Shown one piece after another: positions 42,704-51,973 of a DNA stretch of 64,000 nucleotides. The first letter of the stretch is position 1. Each line of letters starts with the position of its first letter. The position numbers were made by a program, and so were the translations under genes. This stretch comes from Nitrosopumilus sp. (GTDB lineage Archaea > Thermoproteota > Nitrososphaeria > Nitrososphaerales > Nitrosopumilaceae): assembly GCA_965224195.1 (NCBI GenBank), contig OZ245040.1, forward strand, positions 128,001-192,000, read 5' to 3'. The notes beneath the pieces are model-generated. The model made no database searches. It saw only the letters and a list, made by a program, of their open reading frames with translations, and was not told where the DNA came from.

Positions 42704-43171
42704 ATGTTTGATAAATTCAAAAATGAAGAAGGAGAAGAAATGGTAGAAGAAAGAACTGATAATGATAATACTGAAGAATCCAATTCTACAATAGAATCAA
42801 CCAGTCAAATTGGAATTGGAGAATTAATGGGTAAACGGGCAAAATTAGAAGAAGCAATAGATTACGTTGGTTTAATGATTAAAAATCTAAAAGATAAGAG
42901 AACTTTACTTGAAAAAGATATTGAAGAAGAATCAGTTGACATAAAGAATCTGAAAGAAAAGCTTCAGAAAGTTAGTGAATACATTGAGGAAGAAAACAGA
43001 GGAATTGCAGAACTTGCCAATAAGAGACAAAAAGTTGAAAATGAGGCAGATGAAGTAGGTTCCATCATCAACACATTGAGAGATAGACTTTCTGGTGTTG
43101 ATAGAGTAATTGATGATGAAGGTAGTAGAGTCAAAAAAATTAAAGAATCTAGAGATTCATTTAATGAATAA
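42704..43171 (+). CDS. Conserved coiled-coil protein
   Basis: Heptad-rich, acidic. Confidence 0.8.
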   Translation: MFDKFKNEEGEEMVEERTDNDNTEESNSTIESTSQIGIGELMGKRAKLEEAIDYVGLMIKNLKDKRTLLEKDIEEESVDIKNLKEKLQKVSEYIEEENRGIAELANKRQKVENEADEVGSIINTLRDRLSGVDRVIDDEGSRVKKIKESRDSFNE

Positions 43172-43181
43172 ATTTTAAAAA

Positions 43182-43823
43182 TTAAAGATATTTGCTAGTA
43201 GTTGCTTCTTGAGTATCTGTTGGAACCGAAGGGAACATTTGTCCTGCTGAAGTTTCAGCAACTGCAGCAGCTTCTTTTAAGATACTTTCAGATTCTGCAC
43301 TGGTTGTTTCATCCATTCCAAATGCTACATCTCCTGAGAAACTTTCTGTCATAAAGCCACCAAGCATTTCTGCCATTTGACCAATTTCTTGCTCAGCACC
43401 TGGCATAATTTTTCCAAGAGAAGATTTTAGATTTTTCATCAATCCCATTGTTGGCATTATAGCTACTACAGTATCTCCAAGATCACTGCATGTAATTAAT
43501 CGTAATTCTATTTGTTCTAATGCTATTCTAGCACTACTCAAAATTTTTGTCACCTTTCTTACTTCAGCTAATTCATTTCCAAGAACTTTGCTTGTTTGAT
43601 TATCATGTTTTTGTGTTGCATCTACGATTCGTTGGAATAATTTTGCATCACGCTCTTGTAAACTGGATAGCATAGTATCTAATTTTTTAATTTGTAGTTG
43701 TAATTTCTTAATTCCTTCTTGAACTCTTGGTTTTAAGGCGCCTTTAGGCTTGATAGTGTCATTGATTTTTTCACTAATTCCAGGCTTTGATTGCTTTGAC
43801 CATTTATCGGATAATCCAGGCAT
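43182..43823 (-). CDS. cdvB: Second ESCRT-III/Snf7 CdvB paralogue (start MPGLS at 43823)
   Basis: KPKGALKPR, NELAEVRKV, ALEQIELRL; clearly homologous to 10469-11119. Confidence 0.9.
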   Translation of the reverse strand: MPGLSDKWSKQSKPGISEKINDTIKPKGALKPRVQEGIKKLQLQIKKLDTMLSSLQERDAKLFQRIVDATQKHDNQTSKVLGNELAEVRKVTKILSSARIALEQIELRLITCSDLGDTVVAIMPTMGLMKNLKSSLGKIMPGAEQEIGQMAEMLGGFMTESFSGDVAFGMDETTSAESESILKEAAAVAETSAGQMFPSVPTDTQEATTSKYL

Positions 43824-44002
43824 GAGTTTGATTTTAGAATATGTACTTAATTTCCTGTGTAAAAAATGGTTCACAGATCATAAAAAATTACTAGCTAAAA
43901 TTGAGAATTTTGAATACAAGTTCCTGATAAATCAAATTTCATAAAGGATACAAAAAAAAGTTTCTAATTAAAAAGCGTGATTTCAAATTAAAGTAAGAAA
44001 AT

Positions 44003-44293
44003 TTAGAATATATCTTTAGAATTCATTGATTTTATGATTCCATCATGTTTTTTATACTCTAACTGTAAATTATGTTCTAATCGTTTCATAGTTTCTAAAT
44101 GAGTTTCTTGATTTTCAGATTTAGGATTTTTTAATTCATATTTCTTATGCTCATCGAGTTTGTTGATTCTTTCTTCATTAACTTTTAGCTGTTGATCTAG
44201 TAAGTCTAATTAAATTTTACAATTTTTACACACTAATGATCTGTCTGTTTCTACATTAAACATAGAACTACATTTTTTACAAATAAAATCCAT
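44003..44293 (-). pseudogene. Zn-ribbon/coiled-coil protein with internal TAA
   Basis: Hand translation MDFICKKC..VCKNCKI*LDLLDQQLK...; one in-frame stop. Confidence 0.55.
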
Positions 44294-44361
44294 TTATAAA
44301 AAATCTATAATGATTCTAAAATTAAGCGTATTAATAGAATGTATTTTTATAATAGAATTTA

Positions 44362-44805
44362 ATGCATATTTTATTGAATAAAAAAATTATTATAATTCCC
44401 ATAGTTGCCATATTAGCAATAATTTTAGTAAGTTTTTCAGCAAATGAAACAAGCGAAAAAAATAATATTTTATTTCATGTAACACTTGCAGATCCTAATC
44501 TTTATGTTAATGGTGTTTATACTGAAGAATTCACTCTTGAGAAAGGTGAATATTTTTTTAGATTTGTTCCAAATGGTAGTAGTCCAAAAATTTTATCAAT
44601 TACATTAAACGGAGATACATTTGATTATTCTAAAGACTTTCATCTAATAGGAACACCACATCAAACTGGAATCTCTGAATATTTTACATGGGATTATAAT
44701 GGACAGAAAAATATTATCAATTCAGAAATGCAAAAGGTTTCAATTACAATTAATGCAAACGGAGAAACTATTGGTTCAGTATCTGTAGATATCTTAGAAA
44801 ATTAA
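44362..44805 (+). CDS. Membrane-anchored hypothetical protein
   Basis: N-terminal TM; FHVTLADP..FRFVPNGSSP. Confidence 0.75.
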   Translation: MHILLNKKIIIIPIVAILAIILVSFSANETSEKNNILFHVTLADPNLYVNGVYTEEFTLEKGEYFFRFVPNGSSPKILSITLNGDTFDYSKDFHLIGTPHQTGISEYFTWDYNGQKNIINSEMQKVSITINANGETIGSVSVDILEN

Positions 44806-44809
44806 AAAG

Positions 44810-44902
44810 GCGTATTCCCCTTTGTTACAGAACAATGAGAGATTTCCTCTCTTAGTCAGTTGTTAAACAACTGAACACCTTTTCCGTTCTGCGGGGCTAC
44901 GC
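44810..44902 (-). ncRNA. Candidate structured small RNA, about 93 nt
   Basis: GC-elevated intergenic segment with nested stems; BRE/TATA-like GAAAGATATAAT about 25 nt upstream; T5 run downstream. Confidence 0.5.
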
Positions 44903-45066
44903 TGGTTTAGTCGATAACAATTATATCTTTCGACATTAATTATAATAGGAACTTCAAGTATTTAAAATTTAATATAAAATTTTATAAAAAATCATTAATT
45001 TTTATATAATTTTTTATGACTATTTTTAATTAATGGATCTATAAATTACGAATTTTTGTTTGGATA

Positions 45067-45885
45067 TTGTTGAGATTAACAGGTAAAATTGCTCTAGTAA
45101 CTGGTGGAAGTCGTGGAATAGGATTAGCAACTGCAAAAATCCTATCAGAAAATGGTACGACAGTAGCAATTACTGCAAAAGACAAAGACAGATTAGAAAA
45201 TGCAGTAAAAGAGATTCCTAATGCTATAGGTATTGCAGGTAACATTAGAAATTCAAAAGATGTAAAAAATGTTGTAAATAAAATAATTGAAAAATTTGGT
45301 AAATTAGATATTCTTGTAAATAATGCTGGAATCTTTCCCAAAATAAAACAATTACACGAAATTGATGAAGATGAATGGAATGAGGTATTAGATGTAAATC
45401 TCACAGGACAGTATAGATTTACCAAGGAAGCAATTCCTTATTTACAGAAAACATCTGGTTCAATAATTAACATTTCATCAGATGCTGGAATAAAGGCATA
45501 TCAAGGATTTAATGCAGACGCATATTCTGCATCAAAAGCTGCGTTGATTTTATTAACAAAATGTTGGGCATTAGAATACTCTAAAGATAAGATCAGAGTT
45601 AATTGCATTTGTCCAGAGGACTTGTCCTGCATCGAATCAAGCAGGGTGGTAGCCTAAAGATAAGATCAGAGTTAATTGCATTTGTCCAGGGTAGTGGATA
45701 CAGATATGACAAAACCATTTTTGAAGACTGAAAAAGACAAGGAATTCATAAATGGTGAACATCCTATTGGTAGGATTGGACAACCTAGTGAAGTTGGAAA
45801 AGCAGTTTTGTATTTTGCCTCAGACGATGCATTATGGACAACAGGTGCAATATTGACTGTAGATGGAGGGGAATCAATTAAATGA
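45067..45885 (+). pseudogene. SDR family oxidoreductase disrupted by a duplication-plus-insert
   Basis: TGGSRGIG, NNAG, YSASK; C-terminal VVDTDM..HPIGRIG..VDGG separated by a 73-bp insertion and a 1-nt loss. Confidence 0.9.
45581..45689. other. 36-bp direct repeat / 37-bp foreign insert / 36-bp direct repeat
   Basis: ctaaagataagatcagagttaattgcatttgtccag at 45581-45616 and 45654-45689 flanks aggacttgtcctgcatcgaatcaagcagggtggtagc. Confidence 0.92.
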
Positions 45886-45925
45886 ATTCACAGGGATTTA
45901 ATACAACACCAAAGGAGAAAACACA

Positions 45926-46132
45926 ATGAAAGACAGAAAAGCAAAAGCAAAATTGATTATACTTTTAGGAATTATTTGGATAGTTATTACACTGCCTCTA
46001 CCATGGATAATAAATAATCCAGAGGTATCAACTGCACAATTCAATACTATACTTGCCATCATTGGCGTAATGTCAATTCCATTCATTATTCTCGGAGTGG
46101 TCTGGACTCTAAAGCCAGAACTCACAACTTAG
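45926..46132 (+). CDS. Small two-TM membrane protein
   Basis: Two hydrophobic helices; good RBS (aggag). Confidence 0.7.
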   Translation: MKDRKAKAKLIILLGIIWIVITLPLPWIINNPEVSTAQFNTILAIIGVMSIPFIILGVVWTLKPELTT

Positions 46133-46142
46133 GTAATTTCAA

Positions 46143-46955
46143 TTGCAAGATATCCCAATTTCTGATAAGATTCCTGAATTAGATATTGCTATCAAGGCTG
46201 CAATTGAAGCAGGTAATGCAATTCTAGAGATTTATCAGAAAAACTACAAAACATCTACAAAAAATGATGATTCTCCAATTACAGATGCTGATTTGAAAAG
46301 CAACGAGGTCATTAAAGAGATTTTATCACAAACAAAACATTGGATATTATCTGAAGAAGATAAAGATGATCTAGGTAGATTATCACAAGAGACAATTTGG
46401 ATAGTAGATCCTCTTGATGGGACTTCAGATTTCATTGACAAAACAGGTGAGTTTACAGTTATGATTTCCTTAATTAAAAATAAAAAACCAATTCTTGGTG
46501 TAATTGGATGGCCTACAGAAAATACATTGTTTGTTGCTCAAAAAGGTAGTGGAGCATTTAGATTTTCAAATGAAAAATGGGAAAAAATTTCTGTTACTAA
46601 AACTTCAGAAGTCCCAAAATGTAGAACTGTAGGCTCTAGACATCATTTATCTGAGAAAGAAAAATCATTCATTAAAAAATTAGGTATTGAAGATTTCACA
46701 AGTATTGGTAGTTCATTAAAAGTTGGAAAGATTAGTTCTGGTGAAGCTGAAGCATACATTACAACAACAAATAAAATGAAAGAGTGGGATTCGGCCGCTT
46801 CATATTGTATAATTTCAGAAGCTGGAGGTAAAATGACAGATATGTTAGGAAATGATCTTACATACAATAACAAAGATGTGTATCATCAAAACGGAATTCT
46901 TGTCACAAACGGTTTAGTTCATAATAAAATAATTGAAGAATTTAAAAAATTATAG
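46143..46955 (+). CDS. cysQ: 3'(2'),5'-bisphosphate nucleotidase
   Basis: SPITDAD, LSEE, WIVDPLDGT, GSSLK, EWDSAA. Confidence 0.92.
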   Translation: MQDIPISDKIPELDIAIKAAIEAGNAILEIYQKNYKTSTKNDDSPITDADLKSNEVIKEILSQTKHWILSEEDKDDLGRLSQETIWIVDPLDGTSDFIDKTGEFTVMISLIKNKKPILGVIGWPTENTLFVAQKGSGAFRFSNEKWEKISVTKTSEVPKCRTVGSRHHLSEKEKSFIKKLGIEDFTSIGSSLKVGKISSGEAEAYITTTNKMKEWDSAASYCIISEAGGKMTDMLGNDLTYNNKDVYHQNGILVTNGLVHNKIIEEFKKL

Positions 46956-47465
46956 TAGGTTTCTTCCTTTAAGGAAGTCCTTTACTTTTTGTGCGCTGTC
47001 TGAAAGTGAATCATGTTCTGTATCAACTACCAAATCTGTTTTTTCTGGAGCTTCATAAGGATCATCAATTCCGGTAAATCCTTTGATTTCTCCTTTTCTA
47101 GCCTTGGCATACATACCTTTGACATCTCTTTCTTCACATTTTTCTAGTGAACATTTTACATAACATTCTGCAAACTGATCACCTGCATCGATAATTTCTC
47201 TAGCATTTTCTCTGTTCTCAAAATATGGAGATACAAGAGATACTACACTTGGAACACCGTGATTTAACAAAAGCTTTGCCAAATGAGCAACTTTTTTGTT
47301 ATGCTCATCACGTCCTGCTTTTGAAAAGTCTTTTAAAGAGAACCATTCTCTTAGTTCATCACCATCAAGCATTGCCAAATTTGGAATATCTTTTTGCAAA
47401 TCTTTTACAATCGTAGTCTTTCCTGAACAAGGAAGACCCGTCATCCAAAGAATGAAAGGTTTCAT
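46950..47465 (-). CDS. cysC: Adenylyl-sulfate kinase (start MKPF at 47465)
   Basis: WMTGLPCSGKTT, LDGDELR, RDVKGMY, FTGIDDPYEAP. Confidence 0.95.
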   Translation of the reverse strand: MKPFILWMTGLPCSGKTTIVKDLQKDIPNLAMLDGDELREWFSLKDFSKAGRDEHNKKVAHLAKLLLNHGVPSVVSLVSPYFENRENAREIIDAGDQFAECYVKCSLEKCEERDVKGMYAKARKGEIKGFTGIDDPYEAPEKTDLVVDTEHDSLSDSAQKVKDFLKGRNLL

Positions 47466-47501
47466 GAATAAAATTTCTAAATAACCCATAAAGAGCTTAC
47501 G

Positions 47502-48059
47502 TTAATTTTTAGCCCAGGTTTGATTTTCCAAATAATCAATATCTGCAATTAGTTCCTCAACTTTTTTTACAATTGCAAAAATTGATCGATATTGTTCATA
47601 CATTTCAATTTCTTCTTCTTTTGATAAAACTTCAGCCTCTGCAGTATCAAAAAATTTGTCTTCTTTGTTAAGATGATCATTTAGAAAAATTGCATATGCT
47701 CTCAGATATCTTGATACAGGTTCTTGTGCATCCTCGCCATTTTTCCATCTTTTTAGATGATCTGATATTTGTCTAGCAATATTCCTTCCAAATTCATGCT
47801 CAATCATAAATTTTCGAATTTCTTCTTTTAAAGAATCATAGCTTGCAACACATGGAAAATACGAGTCTTCCTCTCTTGAATGATGAATTGTATCTACAAA
47901 TTCTGAAATTACTATAGTAATTTTTGTTAGATCTGAGAAGGAAATTGTTGTGCCTTTGTATAGCTCTGCAGCACATTTTGATACTATTTTCTCTAATCGA
48001 CGAACTTGATCATGATCAGTACGAAGTTGATTTGTAGCACTCATAATATTTGTCTCCAA
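47502..48059 (-). CDS. Hemerythrin-domain protein
   Basis: LRTDHD, HHSREE, EHEFGR, HLNKED. Confidence 0.88.
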   Translation of the reverse strand: METNIMSATNQLRTDHDQVRRLEKIVSKCAAELYKGTTISFSDLTKITIVISEFVDTIHHSREEDSYFPCVASYDSLKEEIRKFMIEHEFGRNIARQISDHLKRWKNGEDAQEPVSRYLRAYAIFLNDHLNKEDKFFDTAEAEVLSKEEEIEMYEQYRSIFAIVKKVEELIADIDYLENQTWAKN

Positions 48060-48145
48060 TATGTTATTTAAAAATCAGATAAAGCCTAAAAATACTTAAT
48101 TTTCGGGTTTAACTTTTATCCAGATGTATTTACATTCAGACATTA

Positions 48146-49618
48146 ATGAATCTCATAATTTTATCGATTTTGAATTTGTTTAGAGGTCAAACAGGAGATA
48201 TTACACCATTGTCAAATTTTGATACAAGTATGATTTTTGATAAAATTACAGAGTTACAAAAATCTATTATATCGTTATCAAATAATGATGGACCAATTGC
48301 TGAAGCTCATGTAATTTTACTTGCAGCAGGTGTAGTAATTTTTCTAGGAGTGGCAGGAGAAGCATTCTTCAAAAAAACTGGTATACCTGATGTGGCATTT
48401 TTAATGATTCTTGGAGTAATTATCGGACCAGTATTTGGATTAATTCAACCAGAAGCTGTAATTCAAGTTGTTCCGTATTTTGCAGCTCTTGCGTTGATTA
48501 TCATCATGTTTGATGGTGGTCTAAATCTAGATATCAAACATGTTATCAAAACTGCACATTTTTCAGTAACATTAGCTGTTCTTGGTTTTGTTCTATCTGT
48601 AGTAATGATTTCTATTGCTGCTCATTTTGCTTTAGGATGGGCATGGTTAGACAGCATACTATTAGCTTCTATTGTAGGTGGAAGTAGTTCTGCGATAGTT
48701 TTTGGACTGGTTAGAAATATCAAAATTTCAGAAGAAACTAAATCAATGCTTAGTTTTGAATCAGCACTAACTGATATTTTAGCCACCATTGTTGCATTCA
48801 TTTTATTTGAAGCAATTCTAGCAGGACACTTTGATCTTCAAACATTACAAGAGACTATTGGACGTGCAGTTATAGTTGGTCTAGTACTTGGATTTGGGGT
48901 TGGAATTCCTTGGATGTATATTTCAACTAAATTTAGTAATGCACAACACGCTTACATGCTTACGTTAGGCGTTTTGTTTGTTTTATTCTTCTTGGCAAAT
49001 TCGTTTGGAGAATCAGGAGCACTAACTGCACTAGTATTCGGTTTAATGATTGGAAACAAAAATCATCTTGCAAAAATTCTCAGATTCAAATTACCACGAA
49101 TTGAGTTGGATGATCCTACACATAATCAACTGACATTTTTGGTACGATCATTTTTCTTTGTGTTTGTAGGATTGATGGCAAGTTTTGGACAAATAGAATA
49201 TCTGATATTTGGAGTTTTGATGACAATTGCTGTATACTTTGGAAGAATATTAGTTGTAAAGATTACATTAACAAAACGATTTTCACTTTTGGATAGAGCT
49301 GTAACAAAGTCTATGATTCCTAGAGGTTTAGCTGCTGCAGTACTTGCAACTTATCCAATTACCATGGGATTACCAAATGCAGACGCATATCCACAACTGA
49401 TATTTTTTATTATTTTATCATCAGTAGTAATTACAACGATTGGCTTAGGAAAATCAAAGAAAATTCCTCCGCCAGAATCTGTTGAAGGTGGATTTGTTAC
49501 ACCTCCAGAGGAACCTAAAGATGATTCAGTAATTATAGATACAACATCTGAAAATTTGGTTGATACCATTGAAGGTGGGTTTATCAAAGAAAAACCTGAT
49601 GAAGCTCAAAAGAAATAG
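48146..49618 (+). CDS. Cation:proton antiporter (CPA1/NhaP-like)
   Basis: About 12 TMs; MFDGG, FESALTD, PRGLAAAVLA. Confidence 0.9.
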   Translation: MNLIILSILNLFRGQTGDITPLSNFDTSMIFDKITELQKSIISLSNNDGPIAEAHVILLAAGVVIFLGVAGEAFFKKTGIPDVAFLMILGVIIGPVFGLIQPEAVIQVVPYFAALALIIIMFDGGLNLDIKHVIKTAHFSVTLAVLGFVLSVVMISIAAHFALGWAWLDSILLASIVGGSSSAIVFGLVRNIKISEETKSMLSFESALTDILATIVAFILFEAILAGHFDLQTLQETIGRAVIVGLVLGFGVGIPWMYISTKFSNAQHAYMLTLGVLFVLFFLANSFGESGALTALVFGLMIGNKNHLAKILRFKLPRIELDDPTHNQLTFLVRSFFFVFVGLMASFGQIEYLIFGVLMTIAVYFGRILVVKITLTKRFSLLDRAVTKSMIPRGLAAAVLATYPITMGLPNADAYPQLIFFIILSSVVITTIGLGKSKKIPPPESVEGGFVTPPEEPKDDSVIIDTTSENLVDTIEGGFIKEKPDEAQKK

Positions 49619-49648
49619 AACTATGCAGAACTTATCCAGATTAGAAAA

Positions 49649-49948
49649 TTAAGATTGTAATTTTTTTGTTATTGATTGAAGATATTTTTCGTTGTATTCG
49701 TTGAATAGTTGAATTTTATTCTGAGCTAGAGCCATCGCACCAGGCCTGGTGTTAATATGATTTTCAGCGATTTTTTGTTCTTCTAAGAGTTTCTCAAGAT
49801 TCATTTTTGGTACTGATTCTAATTCTACAAGTAATGTAGAAAGTTCTTTTTCAAGATTCTCTTTGGTATAAGGAAGTGCAGGTGGATCAGCACCTATAAT
49901 TTCTTTAGTTGTAATATTCCCAAATACTTTCTTATCCAAATCAAGCAA
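49649..49948 (-). CDS. Conserved hypothetical protein
   Basis: Clean ORF with typical codon use. Confidence 0.65.
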   Translation of the reverse strand: MLDLDKKVFGNITTKEIIGADPPALPYTKENLEKELSTLLVELESVPKMNLEKLLEEQKIAENHINTRPGAMALAQNKIQLFNEYNEKYLQSITKKLQS

Positions 49949-50112
49949 TAATGAAAAGTAAAATTAGCAGTATAAATTCAATTTCATTTTAATCAAATTT
50001 GAAAATATGAGCGCACTGTAATCAAATGTTTTATCTTTAGATAATTTTACACTATTTCATAACGCCTAAAAATCAAAGTTTTACTTATAAGAAATCAAAT
50101 GCTAGTTTAGTT

Positions 50113-50385
50113 ATGGCAATTCCTACAGATGTAGAAGAAGTTGTTGAAAAACATATTAAATTAATGATTTCTCAGACTGAAACATATCTGCCATTTATCA
50201 GAGTTGCATTTCCATATTCAAATAATATTGCAGACGGAGTATACAATCTAATTATTGGAAGTGCATTATCGATATTTGTTAATCAATTTGCAATGAAAAT
50301 GAAAAATCCAACTGTAGATGATTTTACAGAATTTGGAAAAATTGCTTTAAAATATAGAGATCAAGTTGATCAGTTTTTTAAATAA
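50113..50385 (+). CDS. Conserved hypothetical protein
   Basis: Clean ORF with upstream TATA-like ttataa. Confidence 0.7.
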   Translation: MAIPTDVEEVVEKHIKLMISQTETYLPFIRVAFPYSNNIADGVYNLIIGSALSIFVNQFAMKMKNPTVDDFTEFGKIALKYRDQVDQFFK

Positions 50386-50616
50386 TTAAGCTATTTCGCC
50401 TAGAAAATGTATAGTATCATTTGTTACAACAACAGTTCTATCTTTTGGAACATGATATAATTTTTTTGAACCGTTTGACGATTGAACGATTAGTTTTGAA
50501 AATGGATCTTTAAGTGATTTGTATAGAATTCCTTTATCCCCTACTGATTGTGACCAATGAGTACCTTGTACAAAAGAGATTGTTTGAAATTTTACAACTT
50601 GATATGAATAGACCAT
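50386..50616 (-). CDS. Small hypothetical protein downstream of crcB
   Basis: Co-oriented, 6 bp from crcB. Confidence 0.65.
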   Translation of the reverse strand: MVYSYQVVKFQTISFVQGTHWSQSVGDKGILYKSLKDPFSKLIVQSSNGSKKLYHVPKDRTVVVTNDTIHFLGEIA

Positions 50617-50622
50617 TTCTAA

Positions 50623-51003
50623 TTAATTGTTAATTATCGCACTCATTAATGACTTTCCACCAATCAGTGCTGCAATTGAAAGGCTAATGTTAGCTATCAA
50701 GTTTATTGCAAATGTGCCATAATGGCTTTGTTCAAGAAGAGTATTAGATTCAAGTGCAAGTCCTGACATCGTGGTAAGTGAACCACAGAATCCTATAGCA
50801 GCAAATAGAGAATATTTTCCATCAAGATGCCATTGTTGAGACATTACAATAAAGGCACCAAGGATAAATGCTCCAAGTACATTAACTGCCAAAACATTGA
50901 CAGGTATTGTATTGAAAAGTAAAGGAGATTCAATGACTTTGAATCTTAGATACGCTCCAAGTACAGAACCTACTGCAAGAAAAACAAATTCTAAACCTTT
51001 CAT
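50623..51003 (-). CDS. crcB: Fluoride channel Fluc/CrcB
   Basis: GSVLGAYLR, VNVLGAF, GFCGSLTTMS. Confidence 0.92.
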   Translation of the reverse strand: MKGLEFVFLAVGSVLGAYLRFKVIESPLLFNTIPVNVLAVNVLGAFILGAFIVMSQQWHLDGKYSLFAAIGFCGSLTTMSGLALESNTLLEQSHYGTFAINLIANISLSIAALIGGKSLMSAIINN

Positions 51004-51049
51004 CTACACAACTGAATTAATTGACATTATTAGTGCTATTTGGATAAAT

Positions 51050-51072
51050 TTTAGGCATAATTTATGCCTAAA
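51050..51072. promoter_or_regulatory. Perfect 11-bp inverted repeat, candidate operator
   Basis: TTTAGGCATAA-T-TTATGCCTAAA between divergent crcB and DUF1059 genes. Confidence 0.5.
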
Positions 51073-51134
51073 CAGTTTTTATTTAAAAAAATGTATTCAC
51101 AGTTTTTATAGGTTCAATATTTTTTCCAGACTGA

Positions 51135-51326
51135 ATGACATTAAAGTTGAGATGTGAAGACTATGGTTTTGAATGTGAATACATTATTGATGAAGAAAAA
51201 ACTTTAGGTCTTATTGAAAAACTTAGAAATCATTTTGAAGAAGAGCACGGAATTGATTATACTATTGAGGCAGTTACTCAAATGATTACCAATCGTGGAC
51301 ATTCTTTAGAATCAATTAAGAAATAA
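51135..51326 (+). CDS. DUF1059 small metal-binding protein
   Basis: LRCEDYGFECEY...HFEEEHG. Confidence 0.8.
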   Translation: MTLKLRCEDYGFECEYIIDEEKTLGLIEKLRNHFEEEHGIDYTIEAVTQMITNRGHSLESIKK

Positions 51327-51362
51327 ACTTCTTAAAGAAATTATTTTCATTTTTAATATTTA

Positions 51363-51806
51363 TTATAATTGTATTATAGGAGAAAATATTTTTTCATATA
51401 TTATTTCTTTAAGTTGATTTGCCAAATCCATTATTACTCTAACTTGTTCTAATGTAATTTCCTTAAGACTTTGTATTGAATTATTTAGTTCTAATATTTC
51501 TGCTTGTAATCTAGATTTTTCATTATTAAGCGAGAATATTTGGTTTTGTAGATTTTTGTTTTGTTGTTTTAAATTATCATTTTCTTTAGTTAATCTTTTT
51601 ACCTTATCTGAATCAGATTCATGTGGAAAAGGATCTGGTGCAGGATCTGGTGCAGGATCTGGCATTCTAATGGGCTCGGGTATAGGACTAGGTTCTGGTA
51701 TTTGTGGTGGTCCTGGTTCTTGTTCTGTTTCAATGGCAAAAGTAATTTGTGTAAAACTAACAAATGCAAATAGGGCAATTATGCCAAAAATAAGACTAGT
51801 TTTCAT
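51363..51806 (-). CDS. Secreted Pro-rich coiled-coil protein
   Basis: Signal peptide, PEP/PDPA linker, heptads. Confidence 0.75.
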   Translation of the reverse strand: MKTSLIFGIIALFAFVSFTQITFAIETEQEPGPPQIPEPSPIPEPIRMPDPAPDPAPDPFPHESDSDKVKRLTKENDNLKQQNKNLQNQIFSLNNEKSRLQAEILELNNSIQSLKEITLEQVRVIMDLANQLKEIIYEKIFSPIIQL

Positions 51807-51973
51807 ATTATAATTTCACAAAAACGTTACGGCAGTTTTGTATAAGAATATGATTATTGATTTCTAAGAACTAGTAATTTGTCCAATTAATTGTTGAACA
51901 ATCCGTCAAACATTGCACAGTTTTCCCATTCTGACTTTCAAAAAAATTCATCGAACCTTTCCTGGAGAGAATA

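Noticed and set aside
10469-43874. Two ESCRT-III paralogues as a novelty
   Set aside because: Multiple dispersed CdvB paralogues are established for Nitrosopumilus
45581-45689. Canonical CRISPR array call
   Set aside because: Only two repeats, which are host coding sequence; no leader or cas genes; reported as an integration scar instead
51004-51134. Fluoride riboswitch upstream of crcB
   Set aside because: No recognisable GGCGAUG...CURAUG consensus
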